This document shows, piece by piece, positions 17,903-26,608 of a stretch of DNA of 47,751 bases (the first letter of the stretch is position 1; each line of letters starts with the position of its first letter). The position numbers were made by a program, and so were the translations under genes. This DNA comes from Candidatus Puniceispirillum sp. GTDB taxonomy: Bacteria; Electryoneota; RPQS01; DYHQ01. The stretch covers positions 1-47,751 of the forward strand of contig DYHQ01000004.1 of NCBI GenBank assembly GCA_020724065.1, written 5' to 3'. The notes beneath the pieces were generated by a model, which was given only the letters and a program-made list of their open reading frames with translations, had not been told where the DNA came from and made no database searches.

Positions 17903-17939
17903 AGAAAACCCCGATAGCAGTCTGTTCGGGGTTTTTCTT
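17903..17939. terminator. Bidirectional intrinsic terminator
   Basis: AGAAAACCCCGA...TCGGGGTTTTTCT between the convergent pruA and S9 genes. Confidence 0.8.
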
Positions 17940-17959
17940 ATGCTTATCTATGAGTCAGA

Positions 17960-19849
17960 CTATTTCCCCATCACATGTTCATCGAGAAACTCGACCATCC
18001 GCGTGTAGGCCTGGATTCGGTTGGGGAGCTTGACGATTCCGTGTCCTTCATCGGGGAATATGATGTACTCCACGGGAATGCCGCGAGATTTGACGGCTTC
18101 GTAAATCTGCTCAGCCTCGGATTTCGGCACGCGCGGGTCATTGGCTCCCTGCACGATGAAAAGCGGCGCCCGAATATTGTCCACATGCGTCAGAGGTGAG
18201 ATTTCCTTGAGCAAGACAGTATCCTTCGCCAAGCTCCCATATTCCGCTTCGCGAAGGGCGCGGCGCCACGGCCCAGTATTCTGCAAGAAGGAAATGAAAT
18301 TGGAGATGCCTACGATGTCCGCACCGGCAGCCCATCGTTCCGGATAGGTCACCAAGGACGAGAGAACGGCGAATCCGCCATAGCTGCCACCGAAAATAAC
18401 GAGTCTGTTTGAATCAATGTCGCTCTGAGAAACGAGCCACCGCGCGCCGTATTCGATATCCTTGACCGCATCCATGCGTTTCTCGAGATTGTCTGAGTTT
18501 GCATAATCCTTTCCATAGCCTGTCGAGCCGCGTATGTTCGGTTCAAACACCGCATACCCGCGACTGAGAAAATACTGAAAAAGCCCCGAGAAATTCGGAC
18601 GAGCCTGCGATTCCGGACCGCCATGCACATGAACAATGACGGGCATCCTCCCTTGAGAAACCCGCGGCTTATAGAGAAGGGCCGGTATCTGTCGGTTATC
18701 GAAGGTCGTGTAGTGAACCAGCTCCGGTTTGACGAAAGTCTCGGGCGGAACGCCGCCGCGCGAGCTTCGTGTAATGGGAGTCAATTGGTCGCGCCCGATG
18801 GTGTATAGATAGATGTCATCCGGTTCTTTGCCCGAACCGAAAGTGATAAGCAAATGCTTTGAGTCCGGTGAGAATTTTAGGCCGCGCACAATCCCTTTGG
18901 GCAGCCGATAGGGGCGAACTTGCACGCCTGTCCACATATCCAGGAGATGGAATTCCGAATATCCATCCGCATTGACGGTCCAAGCTCTCTTGAATCCATC
19001 CCGCGACACGGCCACTCTCTCTACATCCCAATCCGGTGTTTCAACCCACTCCATCTTCCCCGAGTCAACATGCATGGTGGCCAATCCCACGAACTGCCGA
19101 CCCATGTTGGATGTGAGATAGAAAGACTTGCCATCCGGAAGCCACTTAGGACCGGAGAAAAGCGCGTCTCCCTCGTGGGCGGTCATCAGTTTGACTTCCG
19201 CCGTCAGAGAATCATAGATATAGAGGTCGCTGTTCGCACTGGAATGATTTTTCAGCAATCCCAGATAACGGCCATCCGGAGACCAATTCGATGCCACCCA
19301 GTGCCCATCGCCTTGGTGAATCATCCTTGCTTGTCTCGTCGGTACATCAAGGACATAAATGTCGAAAATCGAAGCGACACGCTCGTTGGAAGCATAGGAG
19401 ATTTTGCGCCCATCCTGCGTCCAGTCCCCGAACTGATAGATGGCATTGTCGTCCTTCGTCAACTTTTCCCAGGACCCGCCCCGAGGATCCACAAAATACA
19501 ACTGGTCGCGCTCGTTGCCTCCTCGGTCTGCAGCGATCAGCAACCGGTGTTTCTCCGTTGGTGACCATACGCCGTATGAGACGCCATTCGTATCAAAGGT
19601 TATTTGCTCCGGCCAGCCTCCGGAAATTCGCGTAGTCCAGACCTGCGGAACACCTGTGATGTTCGTCACAAAAAGGATGTCTTCACCGGTCGGCGCAACA
19701 TCGGGCGAACGCGCCCATCGAATATTCAAGTATTGCCAAAGCGGAAGAGGTTCCGTGCCTGCACCAAGAACGCAGGAGGTTCCCGAAAAGAGCAACAGCA
19801 ATGGGATGAGAAATCGGCAACGGCAAATCATAGAAACACTAATCTCCAT
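17960..19849 (-). CDS. S9 family peptidase (prolyl oligopeptidase/acylaminoacyl-peptidase-like), exported
   Basis: Signal peptide, beta-propeller repeats (WSPDG), HGGP, PNIRGSTGYG, nucleophile GGSYGG, NDPRV and DEGHG. Confidence 0.93.
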   Translation of the reverse strand: MEISVSMICRCRFLIPLLLLFSGTSCVLGAGTEPLPLWQYLNIRWARSPDVAPTGEDILFVTNITGVPQVWTTRISGGWPEQITFDTNGVSYGVWSPTEKHRLLIAADRGGNERDQLYFVDPRGGSWEKLTKDDNAIYQFGDWTQDGRKISYASNERVASIFDIYVLDVPTRQARMIHQGDGHWVASNWSPDGRYLGLLKNHSSANSDLYIYDSLTAEVKLMTAHEGDALFSGPKWLPDGKSFYLTSNMGRQFVGLATMHVDSGKMEWVETPDWDVERVAVSRDGFKRAWTVNADGYSEFHLLDMWTGVQVRPYRLPKGIVRGLKFSPDSKHLLITFGSGKEPDDIYLYTIGRDQLTPITRSSRGGVPPETFVKPELVHYTTFDNRQIPALLYKPRVSQGRMPVIVHVHGGPESQARPNFSGLFQYFLSRGYAVFEPNIRGSTGYGKDYANSDNLEKRMDAVKDIEYGARWLVSQSDIDSNRLVIFGGSYGGFAVLSSLVTYPERWAAGADIVGISNFISFLQNTGPWRRALREAEYGSLAKDTVLLKEISPLTHVDNIRAPLFIVQGANDPRVPKSEAEQIYEAVKSRGIPVEYIIFPDEGHGIVKLPNRIQAYTRMVEFLDEHVMGK

Positions 19850-20471
19850 TCTTCTGGGTCAGTCGAGGCATTACCTTGCTCCACCACGCTCGATTGACGG
19901 CTTCCTTCAATTCTTTCTTGTCCCCACTGTTATGGATGACCAGATTGGCGCGACGAGCCTTTTCCTCGGGCGGAATCTGTGCTCGAAGTCGCGTGCGGAT
20001 CTCTTCTGGGGAAAGCCGACCACTGCGCGCCATGCGAGCCTCCGCGACCTCGGGCGGCGCAATGACAACCCAAGTCAAGTCGAATTCCTTCTCAATTCCC
20101 CATTCAAAAATCATGGCAGCATCCACGACAACGGCCGGATGCGTCCGGCTCAGGCGATGAATGTCGCGGCGAAGAAGTTCATGGATTCTCGGAAACATGA
20201 GAGCATCCAACCAAGCAGCTTCTCCTTCTCGTTCGAACACGAGCCGACCCAACGCTCTGCGTCTCAGCCTTCCGCTCGCTGTAAAAATGGCATCGCCATA
20301 GCGATGCCGAAGTGCCTCCTTAATTTCCGGGAATCGGCGCAGCACACGCCGACCAAGTTCATCACCGCAGATCACACCCGTGCCTTTCGCTCTCAGGAAC
20401 TCGGCGACCGTTGATTTTCCCGCTCCCGGTCCTCCCGTCAATCCAATCAGCAAACGAGATTTGGTTTTCAC
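19839..20471 (-). CDS. coaE: Dephospho-CoA kinase
   Basis: IGLTGGPGAGKSTVA P-loop, RRALGRLVF and ANLVIHNSG. The GTG start at 20471 overlaps the upstream TGA (GTGA). Confidence 0.88.
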   Translation of the reverse strand: MKTKSRLLIGLTGGPGAGKSTVAEFLRAKGTGVICGDELGRRVLRRFPEIKEALRHRYGDAIFTASGRLRRRALGRLVFEREGEAAWLDALMFPRIHELLRRDIHRLSRTHPAVVVDAAMIFEWGIEKEFDLTWVVIAPPEVAEARMARSGRLSPEEIRTRLRAQIPPEEKARRANLVIHNSGDKKELKEAVNRAWWSKVMPRLTQKNGD

Positions 20472-23400
20472 CGCAGAATCGCCAGTTTGCCGCGGCGGGT
20501 TTGGTGGCCGTCGTCTACAGTGTACAGATAAACGCCTGAAGCAACGCTCTCCCCTGCCTCGTTTTCGAGGCACCACGGAAGACCGCCGTCCGAGTTGACT
20601 CCCGCGAGTTTCGTTACAAGGCGACCCTGCAGCGTGAACACATAGACGGCGGCCTCTTTGGTCAATCCCGCGAACATCACGCAATCCGTTCCGTTAGCGC
20701 CAACACCCTTATAGGGATTCGGATAGACATAGACATCATCAAGGGTCAAAGCCGTCGCTTCGATGAGCGCGGTGCCATTCGCCGAATCAAGTGACACCCC
20801 TTCGGCGCTGTGAACACCGGATACATACAGACACAGACTTCGCCCAACCGCTCCAACCGGCCACCGCTCATCCAAAGATAACTGCAGCAGGTCTTTGTCC
20901 GAGGGCGTGGCCTCAATCGAAACGACTCTGCCGACGGGCGTCATTCGATAATTTGCCGTGTCCAGAACGGATTCGCTCATCGGCTCGGAATAGCCCAGCT
21001 CAAGCAAAGTCGGGCCCAAAATGGCGAGCGATGTAATATAGGGACCGATGGGCGGCTCTTCAAGGACGACAAATTCAACCCAACCGCTGTCGTTGGGAAG
21101 AACCGAATTCTGGGCATCACGCAGGCCTGTCAGCTCCATTCGGTAGCGGCGCGGCTGAAATCCTCCCTCGAATTCAAGGAACGCGGCTCGCTCACCTTCG
21201 GCTGTCGTAATCGTGCGCGGCATGCGATGGTCATCCAGCCGATAGGAGCGCTGTTCGAAAATGGACGGCCCCATCGTCTCGGAGAATCTGATTTGAACGA
21301 AATGTGGCGGGACGAAGCTCGCTTCATGTTCGAGAGCCGGAGGTTGGTTGGCAACGACCATAAGAAATGTGGAAAAGGCGCTTTCACTTTGAGGAGAATC
21401 ACGGTCAAGCGCCGTTACCGCATAGACATACGGCACATTTTCCGGAAGACCGAAAATCACCGTTGTCGTTTCCGGCAACTGATAGAGGACCTCGAGGGCC
21501 TCGCTCGTCTCACCCTTCCAAACACGATACAAGTCAGCACCGGCAACAGACCACCATGCCAATGAGATTTCGTGTGGGCCCAAGGGCACTCCTTCAAGGC
21601 CCACAGGAGGAAGGGGCTGCGTCCCGGCAACTGCCGCCGCTTCGCTACGTCGCCATCCCTGGCCATCACCGAAGAAGAACTCGCGCACTCCATTGTGATT
21701 CCAATCGCACACGAGAATGGCATTGCCTTCACAGGGAGCGAAGTAGCCCGCCGCATCACAATCGGCTGTGATTGGATTGTATTTGATGATGTAGAGGTCG
21801 GGAAAAGCCGATACAAGGAACTCCGCTCGCCCGTCTCCGTCCACATCTCCAGCCGCTACAGCCGCGTCGCGATCCCCTGGACTCTCCGCACCCGAAATCA
21901 GCACGGTGTCCACGGGCGCGAAAGAATCATTTCCGACGCGATGAAAAACGAAATATTCCCAATGCCGCGCCCGCATCTGACTTTCGGTGGTGCCTTCGCC
22001 TTCAAAGCGACACCCGGCGATGAACTCGCTCACGCCATCCCCATCGGCATCACCCGCCGCCAGCCAAGTTGTCGCGTCTTCATAGGGCAATCTGCGGTGC
22101 CACGGTGCGCTTATCCGCCAATCCGTCCCCAATTCGCAGAAGATGACATCTCCGTCATAGTCACCATACAGGAAATCCGTTCGTCCATCCGCGTCAAGGT
22201 CTCCCACAAGAACATAGGGCTGCCCCAAGGAATTGTAGCCGTTGGTTGGATTAGGCAGAGTATCCAGAAAAACCGGAACAGGCCCCGGGTCCATGCGGAA
22301 AAGCGCATACCTTTCCCTTTCCTGTTCCCCGAACCTGCGCCAAGCGAGGAACTCCGTTTGACTGTCTTGTGGATCAAGGTCGAGCAGCGCGCAAGCGTAG
22401 AAATCCGTCGTGTCCCGCCAGATGAGGGTGTCAGGAAAATGACCCGGTGCCTGCTGTTCGAAAAGATAGGTGATACCATAGGCGCGACTCACGAATTCCA
22501 GAAGGCCATCGCGGTCATGGTCAGCAATGTCCTGCGGAATCATCAGGCCGTAAGAATTGCCGACATCTCCAAAATCGCTCCCTGTCCACTCGAAGATGCG
22601 CAGGTCGCTGAAGCCGCCATTGTCAAACTGATTCATGAGAATTTCGGGGCGACCGTCACCATCAAAATCCGCTGCCTTCGGCAGAAGATAGCCAAAGGGC
22701 AGGTTCGTAATTTCGGAAGACCAATAGTTGGATGCGAAAGGCGGGTCATTGACCAGAAAGGTGCTCTCCTCGGTCCAAGTGGAGAGATTCGCGCGGTTCG
22801 TGCAACAAACTCGGTAGTTCCAAGTGCCGGGGAAATCGAACTGCGAAAGAAAGACGGTGTGCGACCTTGAGACATAACCGAAATCCTTGCACACCGAATC
22901 GCCCTGGTCGTTCGTGAGAACAAGCGATGCCGAGGTAATATCGTCCGTCTTGATGCGAATAAGTTCTCCAAAATGGGCGGCATCTAACATCTTTTGAGCG
23001 CTCATCTCCAAGATATGAGGCGCCGTGTGATCAATGAAGATACGGGTATGATCTACCGATCGCGTCCCGTCTATCGCTTCCACCTCTAAGTGCACAACAA
23101 TCATGGTATCTTCATCAGGCACCTTCACCTTTTCAAGAAAGCCTCCAATAATGCGCTCCTCACTTTGCGAAATCGAGTGCCAAATTTGTGGATTCTCGCC
23201 GATCCCGTAAAGCAGCTCCCAACTTCGCATCGCGGGCCCCGCGGCGGTGCCAATGACATCGAACGGGGCGTGGAATCCGTCATCCACCTCCGGTGAAACA
23301 ATTCGAGCGATGACTCCTGAAGTGAACGCGGCCTCTTCAAGGGCACGCCGCGCATTAATGCGGCCATGCACTGTGAGGCTATCCCAACCCGGCGGGTAGA

Positions 23401-24643
23401 GGTCGTCGGCAGTCTGCCGAATCAGATTCAAGACTTGTTCTGGTGTGATTTGCGGGTTCACACTCAAAATGAGTCCGGCCAAACCGGACACCATGGGCGC
23501 TGCGTAGCTTGTGCCGCTGTTCCAGCCGCCCCATGTTCCGATAGTCCCACCGAGCTCGGTCGAGAGAAAGCTGGTCCCCGGTGCAAGCACATCCACCGAA
23601 GGACCATAATTCGAGCGAGGCTCGCGTTGGTCGTTTTGGGTGCTCATCCCGACGGCAATGACCTCGGAATAACCCGATGGATAATGAGCCGCATTGGAAT
23701 TGTCATTTCCGGCCGACGCCACAAGCACAACACCCGCATCATGAACAAGGCGTACCGTTTCGCCCAGCAGCGGCGAGGCTGCCACATCACCAAAGCTCAT
23801 ATTGACCACTCGCGCGCCATTTTGCGTCGCATAAAGGAGCGCGGCGGCCACATCATCCTCTTCAAGCCATCCATGCAGATTGCCTGCACGAATACACATC
23901 AGCCGACATCGAAAACCAATCGAGGCCACACCGATTTGATTGTTCGTAGTGGCCGACGCGACGCCGGCGACGAAAGTGCCATGACCCATCTCGTCCATCG
24001 GATCATTGTCGCGGACAAGATCGTCGCCCCCCGCGAGCAACGACGGCGCATCCACAAAATCCCAGCCAATCGTGTCATCAATGAAGCCATTATCATCATC
24101 ATCCATGCCATTGGCCGGAGTCTCCTCTCGGTTATGCCAGAGATTCGCCGCGAGGTCGGGATGCAGATAATCAATTCCGGTGTCAATGATGCCAATGATT
24201 ATCGAGCTGTCGCCTTGCGAAATGTCCCAAGCGTCGAGCGCCTCGATGATCTGCAATTGCCACTGAGAAGCGAAGCCGCTATCGTTCGGAGTGAAATTCG
24301 GTTCAAAAAGATGGTTGTAGCTTACCCATTCGACTCCAGCATCGCGTTCAAGCTGACTCATCTCGCTCTCGATGTCTATGTCTTCAGGATAACGCAACAG
24401 GAGATAGTTGTCTAAACCCTGCACGGTCTTGCGAAATGCAGAGAAAGGTTGCGAGGCTTCCGCTCTCCCTACCAGCAACAGAGAATCAATTCTCTCGATG
24501 CCCACGACGGACACACCGTCCAAGGTCGTTTGTCGAGGAGGAGAGGTCAATTTGACAATGAGTTCTCGCGGAACAAAGTTGCTCGCACTCGCCGAGGCAA
24601 AGCAAAGCACCAGCGCGAGAACTACGAGCGAAACGCGCTTCAA
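20468..24643 (-). CDS. Multidomain secreted S8 protease with FG-GAP/VCBS-like repeats, FN3/Ig-like domains and a T9SS-like CTD
   Basis: Triad IIDTG / GHGT / SGTSYAAP; repeats ADFDGDG, GDLDADG, GDADGDG and GDVDGDG; YVYAVTA; C-terminal VYPNPY...VFTLQGRLV...VASGVYLY...GKLAILR. Confidence 0.9.
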   Translation of the reverse strand: MKRVSLVVLALVLCFASASASNFVPRELIVKLTSPPRQTTLDGVSVVGIERIDSLLLVGRAEASQPFSAFRKTVQGLDNYLLLRYPEDIDIESEMSQLERDAGVEWVSYNHLFEPNFTPNDSGFASQWQLQIIEALDAWDISQGDSSIIIGIIDTGIDYLHPDLAANLWHNREETPANGMDDDDNGFIDDTIGWDFVDAPSLLAGGDDLVRDNDPMDEMGHGTFVAGVASATTNNQIGVASIGFRCRLMCIRAGNLHGWLEEDDVAAALLYATQNGARVVNMSFGDVAASPLLGETVRLVHDAGVVLVASAGNDNSNAAHYPSGYSEVIAVGMSTQNDQREPRSNYGPSVDVLAPGTSFLSTELGGTIGTWGGWNSGTSYAAPMVSGLAGLILSVNPQITPEQVLNLIRQTADDLYPPGWDSLTVHGRINARRALEEAAFTSGVIARIVSPEVDDGFHAPFDVIGTAAGPAMRSWELLYGIGENPQIWHSISQSEERIIGGFLEKVKVPDEDTMIVVHLEVEAIDGTRSVDHTRIFIDHTAPHILEMSAQKMLDAAHFGELIRIKTDDITSASLVLTNDQGDSVCKDFGYVSRSHTVFLSQFDFPGTWNYRVCCTNRANLSTWTEESTFLVNDPPFASNYWSSEITNLPFGYLLPKAADFDGDGRPEILMNQFDNGGFSDLRIFEWTGSDFGDVGNSYGLMIPQDIADHDRDGLLEFVSRAYGITYLFEQQAPGHFPDTLIWRDTTDFYACALLDLDPQDSQTEFLAWRRFGEQERERYALFRMDPGPVPVFLDTLPNPTNGYNSLGQPYVLVGDLDADGRTDFLYGDYDGDVIFCELGTDWRISAPWHRRLPYEDATTWLAAGDADGDGVSEFIAGCRFEGEGTTESQMRARHWEYFVFHRVGNDSFAPVDTVLISGAESPGDRDAAVAAGDVDGDGRAEFLVSAFPDLYIIKYNPITADCDAAGYFAPCEGNAILVCDWNHNGVREFFFGDGQGWRRSEAAAVAGTQPLPPVGLEGVPLGPHEISLAWWSVAGADLYRVWKGETSEALEVLYQLPETTTVIFGLPENVPYVYAVTALDRDSPQSESAFSTFLMVVANQPPALEHEASFVPPHFVQIRFSETMGPSIFEQRSYRLDDHRMPRTITTAEGERAAFLEFEGGFQPRRYRMELTGLRDAQNSVLPNDSGWVEFVVLEEPPIGPYITSLAILGPTLLELGYSEPMSESVLDTANYRMTPVGRVVSIEATPSDKDLLQLSLDERWPVGAVGRSLCLYVSGVHSAEGVSLDSANGTALIEATALTLDDVYVYPNPYKGVGANGTDCVMFAGLTKEAAVYVFTLQGRLVTKLAGVNSDGGLPWCLENEAGESVASGVYLYTVDDGHQTRRGKLAILR

Positions 24644-25725
24644 ATCTCGATTAACTCCTTCGGGAAAGAAGTCATGACCTCACACCCACCCCGCTTGATG
24701 CGAATATCGTCCTCAATGCGCACGCCACCCCATCCGGGGATATAGACGCCCGGTTCAATCGTGATGACCATGTTTGGTTTCAGTTTCGTATGGACAAGGC
24801 GCGATACGCGCGGGAAGGCATGGACTTCCATGCCGACGCCGTGCCCAAGGCCGTGACCGAATTTGCGCCCATAGCCCGCCTTCGTTATGATATCGCGAGC
24901 TACTTTGTCCAAATCATATCCGTCCATCCCCGCTTTGGCCGCCCGGATCGCCTTCTGATTGGCGCGCAGAACAAGGTCGTAGATCTTGCGTTGCTTTGGT
25001 GTCGCCTTGCCTATGACGAAGGTGCGCGTGATATCGCTGGCATATCCTTCATAGACGCAGCCAATATCGAAAGTGACAAAATCACCTTTCTGAATCTTCC
25101 TCTTCCCTGGCTCAGCGTGCGGCAGAGCGCTATTCTTGCCCGAGGCGATAATGGCATCGAAGCTGTCCCCTGTGGCGCCATATTTTCGATGGCGATACCT
25201 CACCTCGGTGGCCAAATCCGCTTCCATCAAACCCGGGCGAAGCATGCCCACCATCTCGGAAAGCACTCTCTCTGTTATCTTGATGGCCTGTTGAATCTTC
25301 GCAAGCTCCTCCAGCTCCTTGCACGCCGCGATTTCTTCGACGACATTGATGAGCGGCTGGAGCTGAGCATGTTGATTGAAAGACTTCAGCGCTTCAAAGA
25401 AATCCACCGTCATGTGGTCTGCTTCAATCGCCACCTTGCCTTCCAAGCGAAGGTGACGATTCTTCTTCAACTCATCCATCAAAGTGCCGCGGTGAATGAT
25501 GACCTTGGCGCCGCGCACCGCATTGTGCGCCGCGGTCTCATAGCGGAAATCCGTCACAAATACCGCGTGATCCGGCCAGACGATTCCGAAGCCTGACGAC
25601 GGCATGAAATTGAAGAGATAATGAAGATTGGAAGCCCGCACGACAAAGAATGCGTCTACCTTTCGTCGGCGCATCTCCGCCTGCAATTTCGCGACTCGCT
25701 TCCAGTCACGAGTTCTGGCACGCAT
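24640..25725 (-). CDS. Xaa-Pro aminopeptidase/dipeptidase (M24B)
   Basis: TDFRY, SALPH, FDIG..YASDITRT, HGLGHGVG.EVH, TIEPGVY and GVRIEDD. Confidence 0.94.
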   Translation of the reverse strand: MRARTRDWKRVAKLQAEMRRRKVDAFFVVRASNLHYLFNFMPSSGFGIVWPDHAVFVTDFRYETAAHNAVRGAKVIIHRGTLMDELKKNRHLRLEGKVAIEADHMTVDFFEALKSFNQHAQLQPLINVVEEIAACKELEELAKIQQAIKITERVLSEMVGMLRPGLMEADLATEVRYRHRKYGATGDSFDAIIASGKNSALPHAEPGKRKIQKGDFVTFDIGCVYEGYASDITRTFVIGKATPKQRKIYDLVLRANQKAIRAAKAGMDGYDLDKVARDIITKAGYGRKFGHGLGHGVGMEVHAFPRVSRLVHTKLKPNMVITIEPGVYIPGWGGVRIEDDIRIKRGGCEVMTSFPKELIEI

Positions 25726-25832
25726 AAATGACTCCTAAAAATTTAACGCACAAAAAGAGCGTGTGGTTTCAAAGGAAAAGGCTGACTTATAGTCGCAACC
25801 CGATGGAAATGACAAAACGGATTTTTCGCCGA

Positions 25833-25852
25833 GGCGGCTCTCCAGAGCCGCC
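25833..25852. repeat. REP-like palindrome in the comF-pepP spacer
   Basis: GGCGGCTCTCCAGAGCCGCC is a 9-bp perfect inverted repeat without a U-tract. Confidence 0.5.
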
Positions 25853-25930
25853 CGGAATCGGTCTTAAGCTGGGGGAATCGTGAGATTCGCCGCCGCGACT
25901 TCAGAAATTCGTTACAACGAGAATTGGACT

Positions 25931-26608
25931 CTACGGTTTTGCCTTGGCGAATGCCACGGCACCAACCCATTTTGCTCCGGCTTCCTTGAGCGTCCGAGCG
26001 CATTCTTCCATGGTGGCCCCGGTCGTGATGACATCGTCAATCAGGACGAGGCTTTGCGGAACGGGATGCCTTTTTGACACTCGAAACGCATTGCGCACAT
26101 TCGCTCGACGCTCTGCCGGTGTCAGATGGGTTTGGGAGCGCGTGTGCTTGATCCGATACAGCAGCCGCGTTTCAATGGGCAGTCCGATCTCTTTCTGCAA
26201 GCCTTTCGCCAGAAGCAGACTCTGATTGAAGCCTCGCTGCAAGCGCCGAGCCCAGTATTGCGGCACGGGTATCCATACGGCGCCCACATGCAAGAAGTCA
26301 GGAGGAAAGCAACGCGCCCATCGCTGACTGATGCGTCCTGCCAGAACTCGGCGACGATCGTATTTGAGCGAGTGTACAATGGTGCGCACCGGGTCTTCAG
26401 GACGATGATGCATGAGGAAAGCGGCGGCGTAGCGATCAACAGACTTGAACGACGGCAGGTCACTCGCGCGGGCGACTTCGCAATTGTCCCAGCAACAACC
26501 ACAGAAAAGCAAGTCCCCCTTTGCGAGGGGATGGTTGCAAAGGCTGCAAAGCGGGGGAAAGAAAAAATCCCAGAGCCAACTCGATTGGACGAGGGCGGAT
26601 AGATTCAT
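25931..26608 (-). CDS. comF: ComF family protein (zinc ribbon plus phosphoribosyltransferase fold)
   Basis: CSLC...CGCC, RGFNQS, ERRANVRNAF and LIDDVITTGATM. ATGA overlap with lon. Confidence 0.9.
   Translation of the reverse strand: MNLSALVQSSWLWDFFFPPLCSLCNHPLAKGDLLFCGCCWDNCEVARASDLPSFKSVDRYAAAFLMHHRPEDPVRTIVHSLKYDRRRVLAGRISQRWARCFPPDFLHVGAVWIPVPQYWARRLQRGFNQSLLLAKGLQKEIGLPIETRLLYRIKHTRSQTHLTPAERRANVRNAFRVSKRHPVPQSLVLIDDVITTGATMEECARTLKEAGAKWVGAVAFAKAKP

Noticed and set aside
21572-24415. Long plus-strand ORFs of 432 aa and 349 aa
   Set aside because: Antisense shadows of the S8 protease with no recognisable domains.
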